Assembly (NCBI GenBank): GCA_963667015.2
Contig: CAXXJJ010000004.1
Location: 3,104,001-3,168,000 of the forward strand
Direction: 5' to 3'
Length of the DNA stretch: 64,000 nt
DNA from: Desulfatiglandales bacterium
Lineage (GTDB): Bacteria; Desulfobacterota; DSM-4660; Desulfatiglandales; HGW-15
Under the pieces are notes generated by a model, which was given only the letters and a program-made list of their open reading frames with translations, was not told where the DNA came from and searched no databases. Within the stretch, counting starts at the first letter, position 1; each line of letters opens with the position of its first letter. Positions 47,419 to 56,890 of this stretch are shown here, piece after piece. The position numbers and the translations under genes are program-made.

Positions 47419-49803
47419 ATGGCTGATCTAGCAGGTGTAAACGGACAAAGAAAAGAATTCAAGGTTGTAGGCAAACCAAACCTTCCCGGAAAACTATCCT
47501 ATTCGCTGGCAACGGGTATGGCAAGGTTCGGATCCGACTATGTCTTCCCCGAGATGCTTCATGCCAAATTCCTGAGAAGCCCCTATGCGAACGCAGCAGT
47601 GACAAGCGTTGACATTGCCGCTGCAAAAAAAATCCCCGGAGTTGTCGATGTTGTCACATGGGAAGATCCCGACCTGATGAGTTTCGGAGCCCGCGGCGGA
47701 ATGCCGGGAGGTCCATCGGAACCCTATGTCGACCAGGTAGCCGATATGGAAGACGATGAAGTTGCGGTGATCGTGGTTGCCGAGACCGAAGAACTGTGCG
47801 ACGAGGCATTGAAGGCCCTCAATCCCCAATGGGAAATCCGGCCCCACATTGTAGACATACTCAAGGGACGAAACCCTGATGCCCCCCTCATCCGGCCAAA
47901 CAATGCAGCCCCGGGCAGTTCTTCCAGGAGAGGCGACAGCCAGAATCCTCCACCAAAGGGTAATGTTACCTTTTTCAATAACAACAGAGGTGATATTGAG
48001 GCCGGTTTCAAAGAGGCCGATCATATCATTGAATACGATTTCAACATGCCCACGTTTTCGGGTCACGCTCCCAACCCCTTTGCGTCTGTGTCCTACTGGT
48101 ATGACGACCCCAGGCATGATCCGGAACAGCAGAGCCTGCACATTGAGGGAGCAGTGTGGACGGCCAGGCAGGGCAAAGATGCCGTAGGCAGCATGTACGG
48201 GCTCCCATCGGAAAAGGTAAGGCAGGACGGCTATTTCCAGGGCGGCAAGTATTGCGACTGGGGATTCAGAAAGGTTCAGCAGATCACCCCGCTTCTCTCA
48301 AAAAGGGTAGGAAGACCGGTCCGTATGACAACTGACAGGAAAGAGATGTATGACTTCAATATGAACCAGCGTTTTTCCCGCCTGAAGGTAGGATTTAAAA
48401 AGAACGGACTGATCACGGCCATTGATGATTTTTCCATTGCCGATGCAGGTGTTCCCCCTGTTTCAAACCTGGGTACCAGCGGTGATCAGGGGTACGGCCC
48501 CTATTTCACTACAAAATGCCTGAATATCAAGCAGTCCATGGAAGTGGTGAACAGCAACAGGGGCAAGATGTATACCAGCGGACAGCACTGTCCCTTTAAT
48601 TGGGACTCACTGACCATGGCAGTACACCTGATTGCAGAAAAACTCGGAAAAGACCCGATAGACATTGCTACTCTTAATCTTCATGGGCCTACTGACTATA
48701 CTGACACAGATCCGGTCCCCAGTTATGATGCCTGCGTAAAAGAGGGTAAAAAACTTATGAACTGGAAATGGCATTCGACCGGGGGAAAAAAACTTGCGGA
48801 CGGTAGAATGCACGGAGCCAGCTTCCGCTACCAGATGTGTCCCAGGCACTCCTTCACCAGCTACCACTCCAAACTTGAGTTAAGAGACGGAAAGGTTCGC
48901 ATGGGAACCCAGGGCTGCTGTACTGGTATCTATGCTGTTGAAGGAAACGCAATGGTCGTAGCAGAGGAGCTCGGTCTCAGGTATGAAGATGTCCATATTG
49001 ATTTTAATTACAATGAGCCCTTTGCCCCGGTGGGCGGAGGCAGTGACGGTACCACGGCCTCTGCATGGGTGACAAAAGAATGTGCCAACATTCTGAAAAA
49101 AAGGATACTGGAAGCAGCAATTGAGAATGCGAACAATCCTCCTGCACCTGGCGGATTCGGTTTCGGACCGCCCCAGAAACCGGCACCAAGCCCCTTTAAA
49201 GGCTATACCCCGGATGACCTGGATATGGCTGACGGAAATGTATACGTAAAATCGGAACCCCAAAAAGCATTACCGCTGGCCCGGGCGGTAGGGCAGGCAC
49301 ACCTGTTTGCAACATACCAGGGCAAGCCTCCAACAGCCCTCTGGGCCACGGGCATGGGGAGATACCTTGACACAATGAACATCGCCATGTGCGAGGTGGC
49401 AGTGGATACGGAAACAGGTGAGGTGGAGATACTCCGTTTTGGAGTGGTTGCAGACCCAGGCAAGGTAATCAGGATGACATCTCTTGAAAGCCAGATAGAA
49501 CAGGTGATGGATTTCAGCGCCGGTTGTCAACTCCTGGAAGATTTTTTCTATGATGAAAAGACCGGGGTAAAGCTGAATGCAAACATGTTTGACTATAAAA
49601 AGGTTGCCATGCTTGACATGCCTCCTGTAGATAAGAAGATCCTTGAAACACAGGCTGGCAATGCAGCCTACGGATCCAACGGCATAAGCCATTCACTGGC
49701 CAACACACATCTCGTTATATGTGCCATACACAATGCAATAGGCAAATGGGTTGATCCCCCGGCAACGCCGGACAAGGTGCTGCAGGCGATGGGGAAGGCT
49801 TAG
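47419..49803 (+). CDS. Xanthine dehydrogenase-family molybdopterin-binding subunit (divergent)
   Basis: LHAKFLRSPYANA, EVAVDTETGEVEI, N...DYK, AIHNAIG...P.TPDKVL. Confidence 0.88.
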   Translation: MADLAGVNGQRKEFKVVGKPNLPGKLSYSLATGMARFGSDYVFPEMLHAKFLRSPYANAAVTSVDIAAAKKIPGVVDVVTWEDPDLMSFGARGGMPGGPSEPYVDQVADMEDDEVAVIVVAETEELCDEALKALNPQWEIRPHIVDILKGRNPDAPLIRPNNAAPGSSSRRGDSQNPPPKGNVTFFNNNRGDIEAGFKEADHIIEYDFNMPTFSGHAPNPFASVSYWYDDPRHDPEQQSLHIEGAVWTARQGKDAVGSMYGLPSEKVRQDGYFQGGKYCDWGFRKVQQITPLLSKRVGRPVRMTTDRKEMYDFNMNQRFSRLKVGFKKNGLITAIDDFSIADAGVPPVSNLGTSGDQGYGPYFTTKCLNIKQSMEVVNSNRGKMYTSGQHCPFNWDSLTMAVHLIAEKLGKDPIDIATLNLHGPTDYTDTDPVPSYDACVKEGKKLMNWKWHSTGGKKLADGRMHGASFRYQMCPRHSFTSYHSKLELRDGKVRMGTQGCCTGIYAVEGNAMVVAEELGLRYEDVHIDFNYNEPFAPVGGGSDGTTASAWVTKECANILKKRILEAAIENANNPPAPGGFGFGPPQKPAPSPFKGYTPDDLDMADGNVYVKSEPQKALPLARAVGQAHLFATYQGKPPTALWATGMGRYLDTMNIAMCEVAVDTETGEVEILRFGVVADPGKVIRMTSLESQIEQVMDFSAGCQLLEDFFYDEKTGVKLNANMFDYKKVAMLDMPPVDKKILETQAGNAAYGSNGISHSLANTHLVICAIHNAIGKWVDPPATPDKVLQAMGKA

Positions 49804-49852
49804 TAGAAAGGTATAGGGTCTGCGGTAGGGTACAGGAGAAAAACCGCAGGCC

Positions 49853-50041
49853 TTAACCTCTGTCCTCTGAGCCCTTCCTTTTTTCTACCCATCTTTTCAG
49901 GTCTCTGCGAACCAGGCAGTATCCCGCAATAACCATTATAATTCCCGCAATAAAAACGTAATTATTTTCTGTCAGCATGCCGTATGCTACTGCTGCCGCA
50001 CCTGCAATCAACAGCAAAATGGTTATAGCCTTTTCAGACAA
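49853..50041 (-). CDS. Small two-TM membrane protein
   Basis: GGAG RBS, TTG start, two hydrophobic helices. Confidence 0.55.
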   Translation of the reverse strand: MSEKAITILLLIAGAAAVAYGMLTENNYVFIAGIIMVIAGYCLVRRDLKRWVEKRKGSEDRG

Positions 50042-50130
50042 GAGGGGTACTCCATATAATTGAGAGTGTTTTCATATGTATAATGTATATCCATCGGCAA
50101 CTGCCGGCCATGCGCTTTATAGGCATCACA

Positions 50131-51492
50131 TTATCCGGCCTTTATATCAAAACACATCAAACCCTGATTGAATCTCAGGTAGAGTTTACCGTTTGCCACT
50201 ACGGGTATTGTCCAGGTTGCGCCTCTTACCCTGCCCCAAACCTTCGGCAACTCCGTAATCTTTACAAATTTCTCAGGGTCGGGCTTTATCAGAAAGAGGT
50301 TGCCTTTCACATCACAGCAGAGCAGGTAGCCGTCAACAAGAAGGCAGGTCCCCCACCCTATTTCATTGGTGCTCCATCTTTCAATACCTGTTTCCAGTTC
50401 AACGCATTTAAAGGCGCCTTTGTTCTGCATACTGTCACCGGAATAACCGTAGATATAACCGTCAATAATAAAGGGGTCCGAATGATGGGATGCAATATTC
50501 CTGTTTTTCCAGGCGACCTCTGCACGGGTTTGGGTTACCCTCAGCAGTTCACCGCCGGTATCATAGCCTGATGTTATAAAAACCAGATCATCTTTTGTAA
50601 CAGGTGTTGTTGCATTTACATCATAGGACGTCTCCCACCCGGTATCCCAGAGTTCTCTTCCATCCAGGGTTACTGCAGCCAGGCCTTTTCCATGAAAGGA
50701 AAGGATCACCGGTTCGCCCTCTATCTCCATCATTGAAACGGCCGCGTAGCCGGCAACACCCTGTCCTGCCTTCCATTTCATATCACCTGTCATTTTGTCA
50801 AATGCGATCGTGCGGGCTTCTCCGCCCCCCTTAACCACAACGAGTGAGTCGGTTACAAAGGGAGAAGATGCATGCCCCCATGTAGGCTCTTTGCCGCCTT
50901 CATCGCTGACATTTTTGTGCCAGATCTTATCACCGTCCAGCAGGTTCCAGCAGATCAAGTCGCCGGCGCGGCCAAAGGTATAGACTCGGTCATAATCAAT
51001 CCAGGGGGTCGCCCTGAAGCCGGTACCATATGATGACGAGGATGGTTTGGCCGGATATGCCTGCCGCCATATCAGGCGGCCGTCTTCAGGATCAAGGCAG
51101 AACACAATATCGTTCTCATTGTCACGGCCGCATACAACAAGCCTGTTTCCCTGGATTACCGGTGCAAACCATGTGGCACTCTCATCTCCAAGGCATAAAA
51201 AATCGATTTCCCAGATTTTTTTCAGACCGTTTGACCAGTCAATTCTTATCCCGGTTACGCCGCTCTTTCCATCGCCATTGATACCGCGCCAGCAGAGCCA
51301 GTCAGCTTCACCCTTTGTGATAGGCTCAATCTCTGCCGATTCTATGGCCTGCCCGGTTATTTCAGGTGCCTTAATGGTATTATTACCAAGCATTATGCCT
51401 ATTGTTTCACGATATATGAATGCAAACACAAGGCCTGCAACAAGAATGATACCCAAAATTACCAGGGCTGTTTTCATAATTTTTTTTAACAT
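50131..51492 (-). CDS. PQQ-binding-like beta-propeller protein
   Basis: DWLCWRG, repeated ...G..W motifs, PVVANGKLYLR. Confidence 0.88.
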   Translation of the reverse strand: MLKKIMKTALVILGIILVAGLVFAFIYRETIGIMLGNNTIKAPEITGQAIESAEIEPITKGEADWLCWRGINGDGKSGVTGIRIDWSNGLKKIWEIDFLCLGDESATWFAPVIQGNRLVVCGRDNENDIVFCLDPEDGRLIWRQAYPAKPSSSSYGTGFRATPWIDYDRVYTFGRAGDLICWNLLDGDKIWHKNVSDEGGKEPTWGHASSPFVTDSLVVVKGGGEARTIAFDKMTGDMKWKAGQGVAGYAAVSMMEIEGEPVILSFHGKGLAAVTLDGRELWDTGWETSYDVNATTPVTKDDLVFITSGYDTGGELLRVTQTRAEVAWKNRNIASHHSDPFIIDGYIYGYSGDSMQNKGAFKCVELETGIERWSTNEIGWGTCLLVDGYLLCCDVKGNLFLIKPDPEKFVKITELPKVWGRVRGATWTIPVVANGKLYLRFNQGLMCFDIKAG

Positions 51493-51688
51493 TTTATTAT
51501 CCAGTTCTTTAAAGATGATCCTTTAAGAAATTCATAGTCAATCTATTGTTAATTATACCGGCTGAAAGCAATTACTCGAATTAATACCAGCAAAGGAAAA
51601 CATTAGGATGGCTCTACTGTAAAACAACATAAATAAATTTAATTCAAGATTCAAGAATGAAAACTGTTTATTGATAATTGATCACTGA

Positions 51689-52444
51689 TCATTTAGCACC
51701 GTAAAACCGGCAGGTATTATTAAACACCTCTTCCGCCACCCTTGGCACTGCCTCCCCTTTCAATCGGGCAATGGTCTCGATTGCAATCCGGCAATTGGCC
51801 GGTTCGTTCCGCTCTCCGGGCTCAGGTCCCAGCACCGGGCTGTCGGATTCAACCATCAGGCAGGAGAGAGGCAGGTTTTTTACAAGTTTCTGTTTCTGGA
51901 GTGAACGAACGACAGAAGGAGGTATGGAGAATATGAACCCGGCTTCTAATGCCTTAAGCGCCGTCCCGAACTTTCCGTCAAAGGCATGAAGCTGAACCCT
52001 TTTTGCGCCCTTTGAAATCAGGATTTCTATCGCATGGCGTCCTGCGGATCGGGAATGTACATTCAGGGGCAGATCCAGCTCAATAGAAAGATCAATAAAC
52101 ATGGAAAATATATTTGCCTGCAGCTCACGGTCGCTGGACTCCTTTACAACCCAGAAATCAAGACCGACCTCGCCTATGGCCCAAAGCCGGGCCCGGTTCG
52201 CCCGAATCCAGGTCGCCATCGCTTCTGCCCGGTTCTGATCAAGATTGTCAGGATAAAGGCCTGCTGCCGGCCAAATCATGGAATATTTTTCAGAGAGCTG
52301 CAGATTTTTCTTTGCATCGGAAAGGTCTTCGCCTACCGCCACTACTCCGCACACCCCTGATCCGGCCGCATGGTCCAGTACCTCCTTCAGATCCCCGTCA
52401 AAGGAGCTGTCGCAAAGATGAGCATGTGTGTCGATTATCTTCAT
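51689..52444 (-). CDS. tatD: TatD-family nuclease/hydrolase
   Basis: IDTHAH, IGEVGLD, VHSR, HAF, ESDSP, RNEP. Confidence 0.92.
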   Translation of the reverse strand: MKIIDTHAHLCDSSFDGDLKEVLDHAAGSGVCGVVAVGEDLSDAKKNLQLSEKYSMIWPAAGLYPDNLDQNRAEAMATWIRANRARLWAIGEVGLDFWVVKESSDRELQANIFSMFIDLSIELDLPLNVHSRSAGRHAIEILISKGAKRVQLHAFDGKFGTALKALEAGFIFSIPPSVVRSLQKQKLVKNLPLSCLMVESDSPVLGPEPGERNEPANCRIAIETIARLKGEAVPRVAEEVFNNTCRFYGAK

Positions 52445-52659
52445 CGGTTTAAAACGGTTCCTTGTTTATGGTTTATGGTTATAAAAAAAGGTTTTAAGGT
52501 TTTCAAGTAAAGACTATTCACCCTCTTCCGCACACTGCGAACCCCGTTTTTATTCATATTGCATCATCAACCCTTTTCTGGTAGAAAATCCACTTGCCCG
52601 GGGCGGAAGCCCTTTGCCGGTATAACCACTATAATTTTCTCATTGTCAGGGACTTCGCG

Positions 52660-52959
52660 ATGCCAGGCTTTACAGAAACTCTAATTATTGTTGCGATTAT
52701 TTTAGCTATTATTGTACTGCCCAAAAGGTTCGGCCGAAAACCCGAGCCTGTAATAAAACGTATAAAAAAGAGCATTATACTTACCGGGTGGACGCGTATA
52801 GCTATTATTGTCTCAATTCTCTGGCTGGCCTTCTCTACTCTCTACTTGACGCCTTGGAATAATGGATGGACATTTTATATTTACACAGGACCCGGGCCTG
52901 TCGCCCTGTTCTGGGGTATATTCTGGATCGTCCTCGGATTTAAGAAGATGGGAAAATAA
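52660..52959 (+). CDS. Small membrane protein with TatA-like N-terminus
   Basis: MPGFTETLIIVAIILAII.LPK followed by two further TM helices. Confidence 0.55.
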   Translation: MPGFTETLIIVAIILAIIVLPKRFGRKPEPVIKRIKKSIILTGWTRIAIIVSILWLAFSTLYLTPWNNGWTFYIYTGPGPVALFWGIFWIVLGFKKMGK

Positions 52960-53209
52960 AAATCTGCTTTGGCATGGAGAAGATCTGGTCGAGAATGTAG
53001 AAAATATCGTTATAAAAATAATCGGTGTAGGGATTGTTGCCTTGCTGGTCTATGTATATGTATGGATTTAACAATAATGCCTCCGGGTCATGATTGCTGA
53101 GAAAAAAAATATTTTTTTAAAAAAAAGATTCCAGGGATTTAATCCGGCTGAATATTGTAAAAGAGCCCGTAACAGATCAATCAACAGTAGAGTAGACCTC
53201 ACCTCTGTA

Positions 53210-53740
53210 TCAGTTTATCTCCCGTGAAAAGTAATAGTTAGTTGAATCACAATACTCCCTAAACCCCATTTTCATGTAAATAGAGTTAGATACAGGGTTC
53301 GAAAGATCTGCAAAAAGCAGGCAATAATCATATTCTGTTAAAAGCTCCCTGCACAGGGCTGCAACGCAGGATGTGGCATACCCGTTATTCCGTTTAAAAT
53401 GCGACGTAAATACTCCTCCGATTGACACTCCTTTTTTTAAAGGACGTGTCCTGACTGCCATTGAAACAGGACCTTTATCATCCCAGAGATAAATTTCTCC
53501 GGTACGGATACGGTCACAATACAGCTGACGCTGATGCGATGTCAGTGTATCGCCAAGGGCTTCCCTGTAAAAATCAACTGCCCAACTGACAACAATATCT
53601 TCATCCTCAGGGCGAGCCTTTCGAAGAAAACCGTCAGCATATTCCGGCTCAATCAGATCTGTATGGCGGTACAGCCGATGGGCGATAGACCTTGCAACCT
53701 TTACTTTGTACCTGCTGCCCTTCCTGCTAAACGCTACAGC
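53210..53740 (-). pseudogene. GNAT acetyltransferase remnant (5'-truncated, frameshifted)
   Basis: IGGVFT...RNNGYA...LFADLSNPVSNSIYMKMGF; upstream frame gives RLYR...GFLRKA...WAVDF. Confidence 0.75.
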
Positions 53741-53746
53741 TGGTTT

Positions 53747-54121
53747 CTAATCCAGCTCTAAATAAAAGGGAATGGTATGATTCGATTTACTGATCTCCTC
53801 GGTTGTACCCAGATGCCATCTTTTAACGCTAAACCCTTTTTCTTCAATCTTTTCCACAATATTTTTTAAATTGATCAGCGGATGGCGGGAAAACACGCTG
53901 GGCAGACCATATGTCAAACTGCATACCAGGCATTTCCCCGGCCTTTCAATCAAATCAAATGCCAGCACGATCTGCTTTTCATCGGCATTTATTAATTTAA
54001 GCCGAATATCATAGGCTCCCTCGGATGCATCGCCGTATAATGCCTCAAAAAACCGGTCACTTATTTCCGCGGGTACGAGAGTATCAAGAAAATCCTGTGT
54101 CAATATCTGTTCCATTACCAT
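53747..54121 (-). CDS. Conserved hypothetical protein
   Basis: FFEALYGD..EGAYDI, RPGKCLVCSLTYGLP.VFSRHP. Confidence 0.75.
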   Translation of the reverse strand: MVMEQILTQDFLDTLVPAEISDRFFEALYGDASEGAYDIRLKLINADEKQIVLAFDLIERPGKCLVCSLTYGLPSVFSRHPLINLKNIVEKIEEKGFSVKRWHLGTTEEISKSNHTIPFYLELD

Positions 54122-54205
54122 ATGACCCCGTAAATGAGTTGTCTTTTGGGAAAGGAAGTATATTGAGTAACCGGCTTCATGTCAATATGGGGAAAAGAGT
54201 TATTA

Positions 54206-54295
54206 ACAACAGGCTGAAGCGGTTTAGACTGAAGGCTGTTAGCTTGATAAATGCAGTTGCTTCAGTCTTCAGCCTAAGTCCCTTCCGCCTGTTGT
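54206..54295. repeat. Inverted pair of GGCTGAAG/GACTGAAG-unit repeats
   Basis: ACAACAGGCTGAAG..AGACTGAAGGCTG / CAGTCTTCAGCCT..CTTCCGCCTGTTGT. Confidence 0.7.
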
Positions 54296-54302
54296 CCTGA
54301 AT

Positions 54303-54599
54303 CTAAATCTGTCCTATCTCACCTGTATCCTTATTCTTCCAGTAGGGCCTTGACTGAAGCGGCCAGTTGAATTTTATGGCGCCTTCAGTAGGGCAGTCGT
54401 TTACACAGCATCCGCAGTACCAGCATTCATCAGGATGAAGAATAATGGGCGGCATACCCTTTTTCGGGTGAGGAATATACACGTCGACCTGGCATGTCTC
54501 AACGCAGTTATTACACCCTATGCAATATTCCGGGTCAAAGATGACCGGCTGGTTTGGCGTTACAACATTGGTCATTGCCATCACTTTATTTTCAGACAT
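54303..54599 (-). CDS. 2x[4Fe-4S] ferredoxin, AprB-like
   Basis: CIGCNNCVETC and ECWYCGCCVNDCP; GGAGG RBS before MSENK. Confidence 0.88.
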   Translation of the reverse strand: MSENKVMAMTNVVTPNQPVIFDPEYCIGCNNCVETCQVDVYIPHPKKGMPPIILHPDECWYCGCCVNDCPTEGAIKFNWPLQSRPYWKNKDTGEIGQI

Positions 54600-54618
54600 T
54601 TTTACCTCCGATATTTTT

Positions 54619-56550
54619 TTAACCTTTATACACCCCATCATAATCCGTATTATGTTTCTCATATTCATCTTTCATATTCCCCCAGAATCTCTGATCCTGA
54701 AGCCTGGTGGTAAAACTGTCATTTTCAAGCCTTGCGACCAGGAACTTGTTCCATTCCGGCGGATCCATCTCGGGATAGTCAATACGGTTAAATCCCATGC
54801 TGCTTGCCTTTCTGACCAGGGATGCCTGAAGTATCATCTTCGAGTGTTCAAGCATGGTGAGGTCCTCAATGGTCCGCAACAGTTTATGGGGATCAAGGGC
54901 GTAGAGTTGCGGTGCGAATTCCTTTTCCATTCTTTCCAGGGCGCCAAGCCCTATTTTAAAGAGGTTTTCGGTCTTGAATTCGCTGTTGTAGTACTGGTTG
55001 ATCCTGGCCAGGCCGGCATGGAATTCCTTCCACTCGATACCGCTGTTCCGCCGTGTCGGGGCGTAGATCCTGTCCTTTTCCTTTTGTATCTGGTCACGGG
55101 ATATTTTTCCCTGCGTGACCTCTTTCACATAGGCTGCCGCCTTTCTTCCGGCATATCTCCCGGTCGCGGCGCAGTAGCTGTGATCCTGTGCGCCCAGGAG
55201 CTGCGTTCCTGCCGCGTATAATCCATCAAGGCTGGCCTTCAGGTTCCAGTCCATCATAAAATTTCCGCCGCCGTTTCGCCACTGGGGCATTCCGGCTCCC
55301 TCTATAAACTTGTAGCTCTGCTGAAGGTCTCTGCTTCCGTCAAAACCCGCCTGGTTAAATGTATCTATAATTATCTTTGTCGTGGACTCTTCTCCCAGCA
55401 TCAGGTCCCATGTAGCCCTTCTCTCAACGTCAGACATTGACGGCCAGTCGCCGTAAAAGGGCAGCTCATAGATGCCTTTTTTTATATCCGCCTCCACCTT
55501 TTTCTGGACACCGGGTGGAGCTATCATGGCCCCTGCATCCTCCCAGCCCTGGATGGGTATGGGGATCCTTTTTCCGTTGGCGTCAACAATAGGTACATTT
55601 TCATAGCTGGCATCACCTGCGCCCGTATACCACTTGTGTTTAAGGCCCGTTGCAATACCGATCGGCCGACTCATTTCCAGGTTTGCAATTTCCGCACCCG
55701 CCTTAAAGGCCATTACCAGACCTTCGCCGGTCCATGTCCTTGGATGCATGCTGGACATTCCGCACAGTTCCGAGTTCATCAGCCACAGGTCGCCGGCTCC
55801 GCCCGTAGCAATTACAGTCGCCTTTGCCTTGACGATTACGAACTCACCTGTACGGCTGTTGAGTCCTGTTGCCCCTACCACGCGTTCGCCCTGGACACCA
55901 TTTTCCGTCAGCAGACTCGTACCTGCGACCCTGTCCATGACCTTAACTCCCAGTCTTTTACATTCTTTTTTTAAAATAGGTTTAAAGGTAGATCCCCAGA
56001 TCCGGATTACAACATTTGATCTTTCTTCCGGAGGGTTGAAGCCCGGCTCTCCCGCACCGGGTTCGGGAAAGAGGTTATGTTTAACTCCATACCTGGGAGA
56101 AAACATGAGCTTTGTATCATCATACCGCCCTTCAGCCCCGACATACTCATCGTCGGTATCCCTGATCTTTCCGCCCATCTGCTCCATTTCAAGCAATGTA
56201 TCCCAGTCTTCCCGGCATTGAATCTGAAGGCCTATTCCGCAACTGTACGGGGCATCCGCCATATGCTCTGCCCACTCGTCCGGGTCGACCCTGGAATGGG
56301 GATTTGCCGGAACATTGCACCAGTGGTCACAGCCCGGCCCGCCGGCGCCGCTTCTGACGGTGTTTCCCTTTTCAAGCAGCACAACATTAACCCCTTCTCT
56401 GGCCGCACTGATTGCTGCCCAGCAGCCGGCTATTCCGCCACCAATTACAAGTACGTCCGCCTCAATCTCCTGCTCTTCCTCAAAGCGAATGGGATAGGGC
56501 CAGCTCGGTGGCTGACCTTCCTCTTTCAAGTAATCATGCCAAGTTGTCAT
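54619..56550 (-). CDS. AprA/SdhA-superfamily FAD oxidoreductase
   Basis: GGGIAG, EKG...RSGAGG, IATGG, GLYAAG, R.DYPE.D..W. Confidence 0.85.
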   Translation of the reverse strand: MTTWHDYLKEEGQPPSWPYPIRFEEEQEIEADVLVIGGGIAGCWAAISAAREGVNVVLLEKGNTVRSGAGGPGCDHWCNVPANPHSRVDPDEWAEHMADAPYSCGIGLQIQCREDWDTLLEMEQMGGKIRDTDDEYVGAEGRYDDTKLMFSPRYGVKHNLFPEPGAGEPGFNPPEERSNVVIRIWGSTFKPILKKECKRLGVKVMDRVAGTSLLTENGVQGERVVGATGLNSRTGEFVIVKAKATVIATGGAGDLWLMNSELCGMSSMHPRTWTGEGLVMAFKAGAEIANLEMSRPIGIATGLKHKWYTGAGDASYENVPIVDANGKRIPIPIQGWEDAGAMIAPPGVQKKVEADIKKGIYELPFYGDWPSMSDVERRATWDLMLGEESTTKIIIDTFNQAGFDGSRDLQQSYKFIEGAGMPQWRNGGGNFMMDWNLKASLDGLYAAGTQLLGAQDHSYCAATGRYAGRKAAAYVKEVTQGKISRDQIQKEKDRIYAPTRRNSGIEWKEFHAGLARINQYYNSEFKTENLFKIGLGALERMEKEFAPQLYALDPHKLLRTIEDLTMLEHSKMILQASLVRKASSMGFNRIDYPEMDPPEWNKFLVARLENDSFTTRLQDQRFWGNMKDEYEKHNTDYDGVYKG

Positions 56551-56768
56551 TTTTACCCTCCAATAGTTCGTGGTTTAGTGTTAAACGAATAATTCAAGAT
56601 TCAATATTATGTTTTGCTGAGAGCCTGCAAACTTAACTCTGTTCAGGATGACGGCATTAAATCTACAATTAAATATAATATAGGACAATGAAAATCTTAA
56701 TTTTTATATCTGTTTCCTGACCGGATATCAGATGCAGGAGACCTGGAGTCCTTACCAGGGCTTTTCTA

Positions 56769-56797
56769 TTGACATAAAATATCGGGCTCCATATACT
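56769..56797 (+). promoter_or_regulatory. sigma70 promoter of OPT transporter 2
   Basis: TTGACA-N17-TATACT. Confidence 0.7.
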
Positions 56798-56890
56798 TCA
56801 TTTCTCAAAAGGGAAATTCTCACCAAATCAAAAATACTGCTGAATGGGCAGGTCTGGAATCTTATCGGAAATCGACAAGGAGGAAGGCTC

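Noticed and set aside
52660..52959. tatA call suggested by adjacency to tatD
   Set aside because: Extra TM helices replace the amphipathic helix, the orientation is divergent, and no tatC is present
56732..56890. N-terminal extension of OPT 2
   Set aside because: Begins upstream of the predicted promoter; the RBS supports TTG at 56891
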